From positions 1-52,123 of the forward strand of contig CAXHZO010000016.1 of assembly GCA_964022095.1 (NCBI GenBank): a DNA stretch of 52,123 nt, read 5' to 3'. This document shows, piece by piece, positions 1 through 9,919 of this stretch (positions are counted from its first letter, which is position 1; every line of letters begins with the position of its first letter). A program made the translations under genes and the position numbers. The DNA comes from an uncultured Arcobacteraceae bacterium (GTDB lineage Bacteria > Campylobacterota > Campylobacteria > Campylobacterales > Arcobacteraceae). Under the pieces are notes generated by a model. That model was given only the letters and a program-made list of their open reading frames with translations. It ran no database searches and was not told where the DNA came from.

Positions 1-68
1 TCTTTATTCTCATGCTCTTTTAAATATGCTTCTATATTATCTTTAATTAAATCTGATTGATGTGCCAT
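1..68 (-). CDS. cysN: Sulfate adenylyltransferase subunit 1, 5' part only (runs off the window)
   Basis: Reverse complement from 68 reads MAHQSDLIKDNIEAYLKEHENK, the typical CysN N-terminus; starts 1 nt after the cysD stop. Confidence 0.85.
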   Translation of the reverse strand, partial: MAHQSDLIKDNIEAYLKEHENK

Positions 69-69
69 C

Positions 70-984
70 TTAAAAATATCCTTCTTGTTTCTTTTTCTCC
101 ATTGAGGCATCCCCATCAGAGTCTATTAATCTTCCTTGTCTTTCACTTGTTGTACAAATTAACATTTCTTGAATAATCTCAGGTAAAGTTGTAGCTTCAC
201 TTTCAACTGCACCAGTTAAAGGATAACAACCTAATGTTCTAAATCTTACATTTTCCATTTTTGCTGTTTTTCTTAACTCTTCTGGCATTCTGTCATCATC
301 AACTAAGATTTTTGTTCCCATATATTCAACTACTGGTCGCTCTTTAGAGAAGTATAAATCAGGGATATCAATATTTTCTAAATAGATATATTGCCAAATA
401 TCAAGTTCTGTCCAGTTTGATAATGGGAATACTCTAATTGATTCACCTTGTGTGTGTTTACCATTATAGATATTCCATAACTCTGGTCTTTGATTCTTTG
501 GATCCCATCTATGGTTTTTATCTCTAAAAGAGTAGATTCTCTCTTTTGCTCTTGATTTTTCTTCATCTCTTCTTGCCCCACCAAATACAGCATCAAACTT
601 TTGGATATTTAAAGCGTTTTTTAAACCTTCAGTTTTCATAACATCAGTATGAAGTGCAGAACCATGAGTAAATGGTGAAATATCCATTTCTAATCCTTTT
701 GGATTAGAGTAAACGATTAACTCCATACCAACTTCTTTAGCTCTTCTATCTCTAAACTCAATCATTTCTTTAAATTTCCATTTAGTATCAACGTGCATTA
801 AAGGCAATGGAGGAGGAGCAGGGTAGAATGCTTTTTGTAAAAGATGTAGCATTACTGAGCTATCTTTTCCAACACTATAAAGCATTCCAGGGTTTTGAAA
901 CTCTGCTACTACTTCTCTCATAATATGCATTGATTCTGCTTCTAGTTGTTTTAGGTGTGTTAATCTATCTTGGCTTATTTCCAT
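70..984 (-). CDS. cysD: Sulfate adenylyltransferase subunit 2
   Basis: [34 protein letters not shown] and C-terminal EKKKQEGYF motifs. Confidence 0.97.
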   Translation of the reverse strand: MEISQDRLTHLKQLEAESMHIMREVVAEFQNPGMLYSVGKDSSVMLHLLQKAFYPAPPPLPLMHVDTKWKFKEMIEFRDRRAKEVGMELIVYSNPKGLEMDISPFTHGSALHTDVMKTEGLKNALNIQKFDAVFGGARRDEEKSRAKERIYSFRDKNHRWDPKNQRPELWNIYNGKHTQGESIRVFPLSNWTELDIWQYIYLENIDIPDLYFSKERPVVEYMGTKILVDDDRMPEELRKTAKMENVRFRTLGCYPLTGAVESEATTLPEIIQEMLICTTSERQGRLIDSDGDASMEKKKQEGYF

Positions 985-997
985 TTATTTTCCTTCC

Positions 998-1702
998 TTA
1001 TTTTTTGTGTAAACCACACTCTTTATGTTCTGGGTTTTCCCACCACCATCTTCCAGCTCTTATATCTTCACCTTCTTTTACAGCTCTTGTACAAGGTGCA
1101 CATCCAATACTTGGAAAGCCTTGATCATGAAGTTTATTGTATGGAACATTATTTGATTTAATATAATCCCAAACATCAGTTTCATTCCAGTTAATAATAG
1201 GATTTACTTTGATAACTTCAAAATTTTCATCCCATTCAACTAAAGGCATATCTACTCTTGTAACACTTTGTGTTGCTCTTAAGCCTGTAATCCAAACATC
1301 AAGTCCATTTAATGCTCTTTTTAAAGGCTCAATCTTTCTAATTCCACAACAGTTTTTTCTTTTTTCTATACTTTCAAAGTGACCGTTTACACCTTGAGTT
1401 TGGTATAACTCTTGAACTTTTTGTGAATCTGGAAAGAAAACATTAATTTTGATTCCATATTTTAAATTTGTTGCATCCATCACATCATAAGTTTCAGGAT
1501 GTAATCTTCCTGTATCAAGAGTGAAAATGTTTGCTTCTTTTTTTATTTTTAGCATCACATCTGTTACTACTTGGTCTTCTGCTGCTAAGCTTGAACTTAA
1601 AGCAACTTTGTCAAAAGAAGTTAAAAAATACTCAACAATTTCAGCAGTTGATTTATTTTTTAACTCTTCGTTTAATTTGTTTGCGATCTCTTTATTACTC
1701 AC
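998..1702 (-). CDS. cysH: APS/PAPS reductase, [4Fe-4S] APS-reductase type
   Basis: LDTGRL, CC..RK, GCAPCT, RAGRW and ECGLH motifs. Confidence 0.95.
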   Translation of the reverse strand: MSNKEIANKLNEELKNKSTAEIVEYFLTSFDKVALSSSLAAEDQVVTDVMLKIKKEANIFTLDTGRLHPETYDVMDATNLKYGIKINVFFPDSQKVQELYQTQGVNGHFESIEKRKNCCGIRKIEPLKRALNGLDVWITGLRATQSVTRVDMPLVEWDENFEVIKVNPIINWNETDVWDYIKSNNVPYNKLHDQGFPSIGCAPCTRAVKEGEDIRAGRWWWENPEHKECGLHKK

Positions 1703-1710
1703 TTTATTCC

Positions 1711-1941
1711 TTAAATCTGATAATCATTTTCTGGTGGTTGTACTCTTCCTAGTGGAATTTTATTCCAAGCTCTTTCGTGAAAGTAATACAAAATCATTTT
1801 AGTAACAACTTCGATTGAACCAATTGATGCTGCCATTGCTAAGTTTCCAGTGATAAAGTATGAGATGATTATTGTGTCTAAAGTACCAAGTGTTCTCCAA
1901 GAGATAGTCTTAACTACTGACCGGTAAGCTTTTTCATGCAT
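1711..1941 (-). CDS. DUF2061-family small membrane protein
   Basis: RSVVKTISWR...YYFHERAW signature; common in cys clusters. Confidence 0.85.
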   Translation of the reverse strand: MHEKAYRSVVKTISWRTLGTLDTIIISYFITGNLAMAASIGSIEVVTKMILYYFHERAWNKIPLGRVQPPENDYQI

Positions 1942-1987
1942 AAATTTATTTTCTCCTAATTATAAGGACTATTTACGAGAAGAGTTA

Positions 1988-2920
1988 CTACTCTTCGTCG
2001 TAATCGTATAGTCCTGAACTTAAATATCTCTCACCTGTATCACAAAGAATAGTAACAACTACTTTTCCTTTATTTTCAGGTCTAGCTGCAACTCTTGATG
2101 CTGCTAATACATTTGCACCTGCAGAAATACCAATTAGTAATCCTTCAGTTTGAGCAAGTTTTCTTGAACTTGCAATTGCATCATCGTTAGAAATTTGAAC
2201 AACTTCATCAAATACATCAGTATTTAATACATCTGGAACAAATCCTGCACCAATACCTTGAATTTTATGAGGTCCTGGTTTTCCACCACTTAAAATTGGT
2301 GAAGCTTCTGGTTCAACTGCAATAACTTTTACATCAGGGTTATGTTGTTTTAAAACTTCACCAACACCTGTAATAGTACCACCAGTACCAATACCAGCAA
2401 CAATAATATCAACTTTACCGTCAGTATCTTTTAGGATTTCCTGTGCAGTAGTTTTTCTATGAATTTCAGGGTTTGCTGCATTCCCAAATTGTTGAGGAAT
2501 AAATGAATCTTCGATTCCTTCAGCTAATTCTTGTGCTTTTTCAATAGCACCTTTCATACCTTTTTCTGGCTCTGTTAAAACAAGTTCTGCACCTAATGCT
2601 TTTAATAATCTTCTTCTTTCAACACTCATTGAAGCTGGCATTGTAAGGATTAACTTTATTCCAAGTCCTGCACAAACAGAAGCTAATGCAATACCAGTAT
2701 TTCCTGATGTTGGTTCAATAACTGTTGTTGTCTCTTTAATATGTCCTGCTTCTAAAGCAGATTTGATCATATTTGTACCAATTCTGTCTTTTACTGAATG
2801 TGAAGGATTCATAAATTCACATTTTCCTAAAACTGTTGCGCCGCTAGTTTCACTTGCAGCTTGTAACTTAACTAATGGAGTGTTTCCAATTAACTCTGTA
2901 AAATTATTTGCGTATTTCAT
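1988..2920 (-). CDS. cysK: Cysteine synthase A
   Basis: GNTPLV, SVKDRI (PLP lysine), TSGNTG, GTGGT, HKIQGIG; start moved to ATG 2920 (MKYANN), which has an AAAGGA RBS. Confidence 0.95.
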   Translation of the reverse strand: MKYANNFTELIGNTPLVKLQAASETSGATVLGKCEFMNPSHSVKDRIGTNMIKSALEAGHIKETTTVIEPTSGNTGIALASVCAGLGIKLILTMPASMSVERRRLLKALGAELVLTEPEKGMKGAIEKAQELAEGIEDSFIPQQFGNAANPEIHRKTTAQEILKDTDGKVDIIVAGIGTGGTITGVGEVLKQHNPDVKVIAVEPEASPILSGGKPGPHKIQGIGAGFVPDVLNTDVFDEVVQISNDDAIASSRKLAQTEGLLIGISAGANVLAASRVAARPENKGKVVVTILCDTGERYLSSGLYDYDEE

Positions 2921-2933
2921 TTTGTATCCTTTT

Positions 2934-3347
2934 TTATATGCTGTAATGTAAAAATTCGTTGTATTTGTCTTGATAATCATCTAGTTTGTCTAGTGAAAGA
3001 TCAAATATTTGTTTCATTTTTTCTTTTGATTCATCAAAGAAGATATTTAAAATTGGGTTGTCTGCTTTGACATCCACAACTTTAATATCATCTTCTAAAG
3101 CAATCAAGATATCTACAACTTTAATATCTTGAGGCTTTCTTGCTAACTTATATCCACCTCTAGCACCTCTAATACTTTGTACTAGCTCTGCTCGTCTAAG
3201 TTTACTTAGAAGTTGTTCTAAGTAATTTTGAGGGATATTTGCATTTGATGATATCTCTTTTATTTGTACAGGAGTATCATCAGTATGCTTACTTAATTCA
3301 TACATGGCTGTTAATCCATATACACCTTTTGTCGATATTAACGGCAT
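2934..3347 (-). CDS. Rrf2-family transcriptional regulator (CymR-like)
   Basis: ISTKGVYGL...YLEQLL..L...LV.S.RGARGGY; no cluster-binding cysteines; lies inside the cys operon. Confidence 0.9.
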   Translation of the reverse strand: MPLISTKGVYGLTAMYELSKHTDDTPVQIKEISSNANIPQNYLEQLLSKLRRAELVQSIRGARGGYKLARKPQDIKVVDILIALEDDIKVVDVKADNPILNIFFDESKEKMKQIFDLSLDKLDDYQDKYNEFLHYSI

Positions 3348-3356
3348 CTTATCTTC

Positions 3357-4628
3357 TTACTTTTCTAAAGCTTGATTTAAATCTTCAATTAAATCAGCTG
3401 TATCTTCTAATCCAATAGATAGTCTTACTGTCACTGGATTGATTCCTGCTTTTTCTAACTCTTGTTCACTCATTTGTGAGTGAGTAGTTGAAGCTGGGTG
3501 TGTAATTAAAGATTTACTATCTCCAATATTTACAACAACACTAAATAATTTAGTACTATCAATAACTTTTCTTGCTTCTTCAAATGAAGCTACATCAAAT
3601 GAAATTAATCCTGATGCTTTTCCACCTTTGAAGTATTTTTGTGCTTTTTCATAATATGCATTAGACTCTAATCCTGGGTAATTTACTGCTTTTACTTTTG
3701 GATGAGATTCTAAAAATTTAGCTACTTCAAGTGCATTTGAAGAGTGCTTATCCATTCTTAATGATAGAGTCTCAAGAGTTTGTAGTAACATCCAAGATAC
3801 CATTGGAGCAGCTGTTGCACCAATATCTCTTAATAAATTTAATCTAATTCTTAAACAAAAGTTTGGTAATGGAACATCAACATAAACTAATCCGTGATAT
3901 GAAACATCTGGTTCAACAAAGTGATAATATCTTTTTTCATTTTCTTTAAAGAACTCTGATAATCCATCTCTTTCAACAATGATTCCACCAATAGCAGTCC
4001 CTTGTCCATTTGTATATTTACTTGTTGAGTGAACTACAACATCAACTCCCCATTTAATTGGGTTAAATAAAGCTGCAGTTGCAACAGTGTTATCACAAAC
4101 CGTTAATACACCATTTCTTTTTGCAATTTCAACGATTTTTTCAACATCTGCAATTGCAATTTGTGGATTTGATAATGATTCAAAGAAAATTGCTTTTGTT
4201 GTTTCATCAATTTGCTCTTCTAAATCACTTGCATCAGCACTTTTAAATACTTTAGTATTGATTCCAAATCTTTTCATAGTATATGTTAAAAGTGTTACTG
4301 CTCCTCCATATAATTTATCAGAAATTAAAACTGTATCACCAGCTTCTGCAACATTTGCAATTGCATAGAAAATTGCAGATTGACCAGAAGCAACAGTAAT
4401 AGCAGCTGCTCCTCCTTCAAGTTGTGCAAATCTTTGCTCTAGAATGTCATTTGTAGGATTAGTTAATCTTGAGTAGATTGGTCCTAATTCTTTTAAAGCA
4501 AATAAATTAGCTGCATGTTCACTGTCTCTAAATGCATAAGCAGTAGTTTGAGAAATAGGAACAGCCATCTCTCCATTACCTTGCTTTTTATCGTATCCAG
4601 CGTGTATTGCTATAGTATCTTTTTGCAT
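3357..4628 (-). CDS. metY: O-acetylhomoserine aminocarboxypropyltransferase / cysteine synthase
   Basis: YSRLTNPT, VHSTSKY (PLP lysine), NIGDSKSL.HPASTTH, RLSIGLE; start moved to ATG 4628 (MQKDTI) after an AGGA RBS. Confidence 0.92.
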   Translation of the reverse strand: MQKDTIAIHAGYDKKQGNGEMAVPISQTTAYAFRDSEHAANLFALKELGPIYSRLTNPTNDILEQRFAQLEGGAAAITVASGQSAIFYAIANVAEAGDTVLISDKLYGGAVTLLTYTMKRFGINTKVFKSADASDLEEQIDETTKAIFFESLSNPQIAIADVEKIVEIAKRNGVLTVCDNTVATAALFNPIKWGVDVVVHSTSKYTNGQGTAIGGIIVERDGLSEFFKENEKRYYHFVEPDVSYHGLVYVDVPLPNFCLRIRLNLLRDIGATAAPMVSWMLLQTLETLSLRMDKHSSNALEVAKFLESHPKVKAVNYPGLESNAYYEKAQKYFKGGKASGLISFDVASFEEARKVIDSTKLFSVVVNIGDSKSLITHPASTTHSQMSEQELEKAGINPVTVRLSIGLEDTADLIEDLNQALEK

Positions 4629-4671
4629 ATTATTTTTCCTTTTTTGTTCTAACAACTTTTTATATGATGAA

Positions 4672-4700
4672 ATTATAGAACATTTTTTTATTAATGTCAA
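4672..4700 (-). promoter_or_regulatory. Consensus sigma70 promoter of the metY-cys operon
   Basis: Minus strand reads TTGACA-17 nt-TATAAT, 43 nt upstream of the metY ATG. Confidence 0.8.
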
Positions 4701-4721
4701 GTAATTTAATCACAATTAATA

Positions 4722-4777
4722 TAATACCCATTAAAATAGGGGATTTAATTAAAGTTGATTAAATCTATAGGGATTAT
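4722..4777. promoter_or_regulatory. Two candidate Rrf2 (CymR/IscR-like) operator sites
   Basis: TAATACCCATTAAAATAGGGGATTTA and AAAGTTGATTAAATCTATAGGGATTA, both ending ATAGGG(G)ATT, next to the cys promoter. Confidence 0.4.
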
Positions 4778-4836
4778 ATAATATGATTAAGAAAAGTTAG
4801 GTTAAAATACCAATAAATCAATATTACGGTTACAAG

Positions 4837-5157
4837 ATGAAACAAAATAAATACAACATATTTGATGAAATTTCTATTGATAAAGAAGATGAAAAATTTT
4901 TTGAAATTTTTAAAAATGATGTAATTAGGGTAGAAAAGATTGTTTCAAATGGCCAAAAATCACCTCAAAACTTTTGGTATGAGCAAGAAAAAAGTGAGTA
5001 TATCTTACTTTTAGAGGGCTTTGCGATTTTAGAATTTGAAGATTGTGAATGTGAATTAAAAAAAGGTGATTGTTTAAATATTCCAGCAATGCAAAAACAT
5101 AGAGTAAAATTTACTACTACTGATGAACCAACAATTTGGTTCGCTATTTTTTATTAG
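4837..5157 (+). CDS. Cupin-domain protein
   Basis: RVEKIVSNGQ.SP..FWYEQ...E...G.A.L and IPA..KHRV..T cupin motifs. Confidence 0.85.
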   Translation: MKQNKYNIFDEISIDKEDEKFFEIFKNDVIRVEKIVSNGQKSPQNFWYEQEKSEYILLLEGFAILEFEDCECELKKGDCLNIPAMQKHRVKFTTTDEPTIWFAIFY

Positions 5158-5977
5158 TTTTCATTTTCCCATTTTATAATTTTTCTATCTTCTTGAATAA
5201 TATGTTGTAGTAAAGTGATATCAATCATTTTTGCAAGTTCTTTTTCAAAATCATCAATTTTGATTGTAGGAAGTTTTTTTATAAAGTCATTTAAACTTAC
5301 AATAATACTATTATGAAGTTTTATATGTTCATCAAGTTTTGGATATTTAATTGATTTCATATGCGATTCTTCATTTTTAAAATGTGTTTTCATATAATCA
5401 TATAATTTTGTAATAGTGATTTTTAACTTTTTGTTCATGACTTGGACTAAATTCAAAAGCTTCTTGAGCAATTTCGAATAATATTTTATGATCCTTATCT
5501 ATGAATTCATTATTTACTTTATATGCATCTTTCCAAGATAAAGTATCTTTTAGATTTTCTAGTGGAGTATTCCATAGGTTTATTCTTTTATCTTGAGTTA
5601 TAATATGATTTAAAAAATACTCTTCTATAAAATGATATAAATTGTTTTCTATTTCAATAAAATTTAATCTCTCTAAGTTTTTTATCAAGTCTGATAATTC
5701 ATTTATCATATCTTTATGTAGAAGAATATGATTTGCTAAATCAAGATAATTTATAGATTTCATGTAGTTTTGTTCATTTAAAAAGTGAATTTTTAAGTAT
5801 TTGAATAACTCAAATAATGTTTTTTTTTAATTTATCTTGATTATTATTTGCTTCATTATTCTCAAGACATTGTTGAGCTAGATTGAAAAGTTTTTGATGT
5901 TCAATATCTATAGCTTCGATCTTTACAACGTATTCTGCTTTCCATAAAATTTGTTTTTTTATTATGCTTTTTGTCAT
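5154..5977 (-). pseudogene. Tandem two-domain bacteriohemerythrin interrupted by two frameshifts
   Basis: Three ORF pieces carry hemerythrin motifs (W...Y......ID.EHQKLF, HF.NE..YM, H..LH, HII.QD; second domain IDKDHK, HFKNEE, HIKLH, HIIQED). The frames join if one A is removed from A9 (5820-5828) and one base near 5420-5432. Confidence 0.8.
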
Positions 5978-6104
5978 GAAAACTCCTAAAAATGGCACAT
6001 AAAATAATTATAACTAAAGAATGTCTCAGAAATTACTCATTTTTTATAGTATTTTGTTTTTTTGCTTCATTTGAATATAATTACAAAAAAACTAGGATAC
6101 ATTT

Positions 6105-7334
6105 TTGAAAATAGCAATTATTGGAGCAGGGGCAGCTGGTATCATAGCTGCAATAACAGCAAAGAGAATAAACAAAAAACTTCATGTAGATTTATTTGAT
6201 GCAAATAGTGCTATTGGAAAAAAGATACTTGCAAGTGGAAATGGTAGATGTAATATCTCAAATAGCCAAGTAACTGAAAAAAACTATCTAGGTGAAAATC
6301 CAGATTTTGTATCATATGCACTAAAGCAGTTTACATTTAATGACTTTGAAAAGTTTTGTAAGTCTATTGGCTTATTATTAGATATAAAAGAGACAAATAA
6401 AGTCTACCCACTATCAAATGAAGCAAAATCAGTAGTAAATTTACTACAACTAACACTTGATGAACTAGGGGTAAATCTCTATACAAAAGCTTTTATAAGT
6501 GATATTGAAAAAGTAGAAGATAAATTTGATATCAAAACACAAGAAGATGATGAATTTAAAGGATATGATAAAGTAGTAATCTCAAATGGTCTAGGAGCAG
6601 CTCCACAATTAAAAGCAAATGAATCAGGACTTAATTTTGCCTCAAAGTTTGGACACTCAGTAAATCCAACTTATCCTTCACTTGTTGGACTTCATACAGA
6701 TGTAAACTATCATAGTAAACTTCAAGGGGTAAAAAAAGAGTGTAATGTATCACTTTATATAAATGGAAGTTTAGAGCAAGAAATATATGGAGATGTACTA
6801 TTTACTAAATATGGTGTTTCCGGTTTTGCAATACTTGATATCTCACAAGTAGCAGCATATAATCTATCTTTATATCAAGATGTAAAAATAGCTATAAACT
6901 TTTTTCCAAAAATTCCTAGAAATGACTTAGCTGATCAAATTCAAAGCTTATTTAAAAGCGTACCAAATCAAAAAGCAGTAGATATCCTAACTGGAATGAT
7001 ATCAAATAAAATAGCTCCAGTGCTACTTGATATTTGTAAAATAAATATCGAAACTTTTGCAAAAGATATAAATGCAAAACAAATCAAAGCCTTAGCATAT
7101 CAATTAAACGCATGGAAACTAAAAGTAACTGATACTCAAGGGTTTGGTCATGCTGAAGCTAGTGGTGGTGGAGTTAGAACCGATGAGGTTGATAATAAAA
7201 CTTATGAGAGTAAAAAAGTTCCTAATCTATACTTCGCTGGTGAAGTTCTTGATATAGTTGGAAATAGGGGTGGCTTTAATCTTCAGTTTGCCTGGGCTAG
7301 TGGGTATTTGGTTGGGAAAAGTTTAACTAAATAA
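6105..7334 (+). CDS. HI0933/BaiN-family NAD(P)/FAD-dependent flavoprotein
   Basis: GAGAAG, GKKILASGNGRCN, GEVLDI.G.RGGFNLQFAWASG. Confidence 0.92.
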   Translation: MKIAIIGAGAAGIIAAITAKRINKKLHVDLFDANSAIGKKILASGNGRCNISNSQVTEKNYLGENPDFVSYALKQFTFNDFEKFCKSIGLLLDIKETNKVYPLSNEAKSVVNLLQLTLDELGVNLYTKAFISDIEKVEDKFDIKTQEDDEFKGYDKVVISNGLGAAPQLKANESGLNFASKFGHSVNPTYPSLVGLHTDVNYHSKLQGVKKECNVSLYINGSLEQEIYGDVLFTKYGVSGFAILDISQVAAYNLSLYQDVKIAINFFPKIPRNDLADQIQSLFKSVPNQKAVDILTGMISNKIAPVLLDICKINIETFAKDINAKQIKALAYQLNAWKLKVTDTQGFGHAEASGGGVRTDEVDNKTYESKKVPNLYFAGEVLDIVGNRGGFNLQFAWASGYLVGKSLTK

Positions 7335-7362
7335 AAAATTATAAATACAAAGTGGATAAGGA

Positions 7363-7953
7363 ATGATAGAAAAATTAAAAAAACCTATTGATAAAATAAT
7401 TTATGAGAGTATAAATAGATATGGATTAGCATTTTATTTGCCAATTTTATTCTTACTTTTATTTGGATTTCTTACAGATAATGCCTCTTCTTTCGCAATT
7501 ATTTCTTCTGCTCTAATCGTATTTATTCAGATGAATTATAATATTTATGAATCAAAACTAAAAAAAGATGAAGAAATAAATATTAGAACTATGGAAGTTT
7601 TAAATAAATCATATATGAATGTTAATAATTTTACAAAAGAAGAACAGATACTTCTTATAGAATTTAGAGATTGCGAAGATTATGATATTAATAAACTTAT
7701 TATAGAGCAAGATATTACACAAGAATTAAGAGAAAAGATACTTACTCAATATAATTTATTAGAATATTTATCAACATTAATTAATCAAAAGTTAATTTCT
7801 AAAGAAGTTTATATAATATTAATGCATAAAGAAATTATGTATTGGATAAAGAGAAGTCAATTATTGACTTTTATAGGAGGTGAAAAGCCAGAATACTTTA
7901 TTTCTTTTTGTATTAATGAAAAAATGATAGATAAAAATTATATTAATTTTTAA
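7363..7953 (+). CDS. Hypothetical membrane-anchored protein (possibly DUF4760-like)
   Basis: Two N-terminal hydrophobic helices; NLLEYLSTLINQKLI resembles the DUF4760 core; AT-rich. Confidence 0.55.
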   Translation: MIEKLKKPIDKIIYESINRYGLAFYLPILFLLLFGFLTDNASSFAIISSALIVFIQMNYNIYESKLKKDEEINIRTMEVLNKSYMNVNNFTKEEQILLIEFRDCEDYDINKLIIEQDITQELREKILTQYNLLEYLSTLINQKLISKEVYIILMHKEIMYWIKRSQLLTFIGGEKPEYFISFCINEKMIDKNYINF

Positions 7954-7954
7954 T

Positions 7955-8143
7955 CTAAAACCTCTCCCTCAAAACAGTAAGCTTTCTAAGCTTACTTATC
8001 TCAAATTCTCCAACATCACATTTCACAACATCACCAACCATTTTTAAAGGCTTAATTTTTTTATAGCTCTTATTTTCATAAGAAAAGCTCACATAGTTTT
8101 TATCTTCAATAGCCTTTTTCAAAAACCTAAACTCTACGTTCAT
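7955..8143 (-). CDS. Small hypothetical protein (WYL/SH3-like)
   Basis: LKKAIEDKNYVSFSY...KIKP resembles the start of a WYL domain; overlaps the upstream gene's end. Confidence 0.6.
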   Translation of the reverse strand: MNVEFRFLKKAIEDKNYVSFSYENKSYKKIKPLKMVGDVVKCDVGEFEISKLRKLTVLRERF

Positions 8144-8471
8144 TTGAGTCCTTTGGAGCTTGTTCTCTTTTTTCTTTTGAATAATCCCTTAAAATATTTG
8201 CAACTCTTATTCTATAATCTTCAAAGATTCCAGTATTTCCTTTATCTTGAGCGATTCTGTGTTCAAGCATATTTCTCCAAATCTCTATAGATTTTTCATC
8301 TTCCCAAAAAGATAGGCTTAAAAGTTTGTTTTCGTCAGTTAAGCTTTGAAATCTTTCTATTGAGATAAATCCTTCTTGGTTTTCTAAAAACTCTTTTAGT
8401 TTTGATGCGATTTGTAAATACTCATCTTTCCCCTCTTTAGTTGGCCAAACTTCAAATATAACTGCGTACAT
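8127..8471 (-). CDS. Antibiotic biosynthesis monooxygenase (ABM) family protein
   Basis: MYAVIFEV, GFISIERFQS, LSLSFW.DE, EHRIAQ..G; AGGAG RBS before ATG 8471. Confidence 0.88.
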   Translation of the reverse strand: MYAVIFEVWPTKEGKDEYLQIASKLKEFLENQEGFISIERFQSLTDENKLLSLSFWEDEKSIEIWRNMLEHRIAQDKGNTGIFEDYRIRVANILRDYSKEKREQAPKDSNERRV

Positions 8472-8558
8472 GACTTCTCCTATTTTTATAAATAAAATTT
8501 TACAATAATAAACCATATAGCTACATTCAGATAAGATTTCAAAAAAAAAGGATTTAAA

Positions 8559-8963
8559 ATGGAATTAGAATTATTTACGGCCTTTCTAGGCTTCTTTTTT
8601 ACTGCAGTATTATTAGTAATCATTTTTCTTTATTTATATGCGATTGTTACACCTTATGATGATTACAAGCTTATTTTTGAAGACAACAACTTAGCAGCAG
8701 CTCTTGGTTTTGGTGGAGCTATTATTGGAGTATCGATTCCTTTATATAGTGCCTTAGTACACTCTACATCTTATTTTGATTTTGCTATTTGGGGAGTTAT
8801 TGCTATTTTGATTCAATTAGTTTTCGCATTTATTGTGACAAGACTTGGTGGAAAATACTCTTTTAAAACAAAAATCTCAGATGGAGTTATCTCTGTTGGA
8901 ATTTTGATGGCATTTTTATCAATTTCAATTGGACTTTTAAACGCTGGATCAATGAGTTATTAA
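8559..8963 (+). CDS. DUF350 (YjfL-like) membrane protein
   Basis: TPYDDYKLI...N.AAALGFGGA and C-terminal IGLLNAGSMSY. Confidence 0.88.
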   Translation: MELELFTAFLGFFFTAVLLVIIFLYLYAIVTPYDDYKLIFEDNNLAAALGFGGAIIGVSIPLYSALVHSTSYFDFAIWGVIAILIQLVFAFIVTRLGGKYSFKTKISDGVISVGILMAFLSISIGLLNAGSMSY

Positions 8964-8986
8964 AACTCATTGATAAAGTATTAAAA

Positions 8987-9808
8987 CTACTCTACAATTC
9001 CACTCATACAAGTAACTTCAAAACCTTGATCTCTCCAAGCTTTTACAATCTCAAGTAATCCTATACTATCACTTGGCATATGAGGTGCGATGATGATATT
9101 TCCTATATTTTGCTGTGCTACTGCATCTTTTACATTTTCAGGAACATGCATTGCTACTATTGTTCCAACTCCTGCTTCAAAATATGATTTATACACATCA
9201 ACTCCACCATTTGTTCCACCTGCCATTAGAACTTCAATTTTTCCTGCATAGTCTTCATTTGAGCCTACTCTTATAACTGGTTGAGCTACTTTTCCTATAT
9301 AGTATTCCCATGAATTTAGTTCATTGATGATATCTTTTAGTTTTGTTTTTGGTTTATCTTCAAAAGCTTTATTTAGTCTATCTTGTACTATTTTTTCTGT
9401 GATAAAATCTGCTGGAATATGGATATTTAGGTATGGCATATTCATAAGTCTTGCAGCTGAACTCACTCTATCATAGTTTGAAGCATGTCTTCCTAAGTCA
9501 ATGCTTCCTTGCATTTTTCGTAAAGCTTTTTGAGCTTTGTTTATAGGAACGCCACTTGCTATCATTCTATCAATTTGTACATCCATAACCTTTGCAAAAT
9601 CAACTACACAAGAATCAGCTTTTGGGTGATGTGAAACTACGCAATCATATCCAAGCTCTTTTGCAAGTAGTAATTCAGGTGTTTCCATATCTATACCAAT
9701 TAGGACTTTTTTTATATTTTTACCTTCTACAATTATATTTGTATCATAAGGCATTTCATCTAGGTTTGTTAGTTTTAGGGCTGTGTTCATTAAATCATTT
9801 GTATTCAT
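8987..9808 (-). CDS. NIF3-like dinuclear metal-centre protein
   Basis: KKVLIGIDM, SHHP, HIPAD, GTIVAMH and HMPSDSIG metal-ligand motifs. Confidence 0.75.
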   Translation of the reverse strand: MNTNDLMNTALKLTNLDEMPYDTNIIVEGKNIKKVLIGIDMETPELLLAKELGYDCVVSHHPKADSCVVDFAKVMDVQIDRMIASGVPINKAQKALRKMQGSIDLGRHASNYDRVSSAARLMNMPYLNIHIPADFITEKIVQDRLNKAFEDKPKTKLKDIINELNSWEYYIGKVAQPVIRVGSNEDYAGKIEVLMAGGTNGGVDVYKSYFEAGVGTIVAMHVPENVKDAVAQQNIGNIIIAPHMPSDSIGLLEIVKAWRDQGFEVTCMSGIVE

Positions 9809-9888
9809 AGTATTACCAATATATTTTTTATTTATAATAACATTTAAAATTTTGATTAAACTTATATAAAAAAGTATGTAAAAGAAGA

Positions 9889-9912
9889 TTCAAACCCTAA
9901 GAAGGGTTTGAG
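9889..9912 (-). terminator. Putative intrinsic terminator
   Basis: CAAACCCT-AAGA-AGGGTTTG hairpin just past the stop at 9920. Confidence 0.55.
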
Positions 9913-9919
9913 ATAAGTA

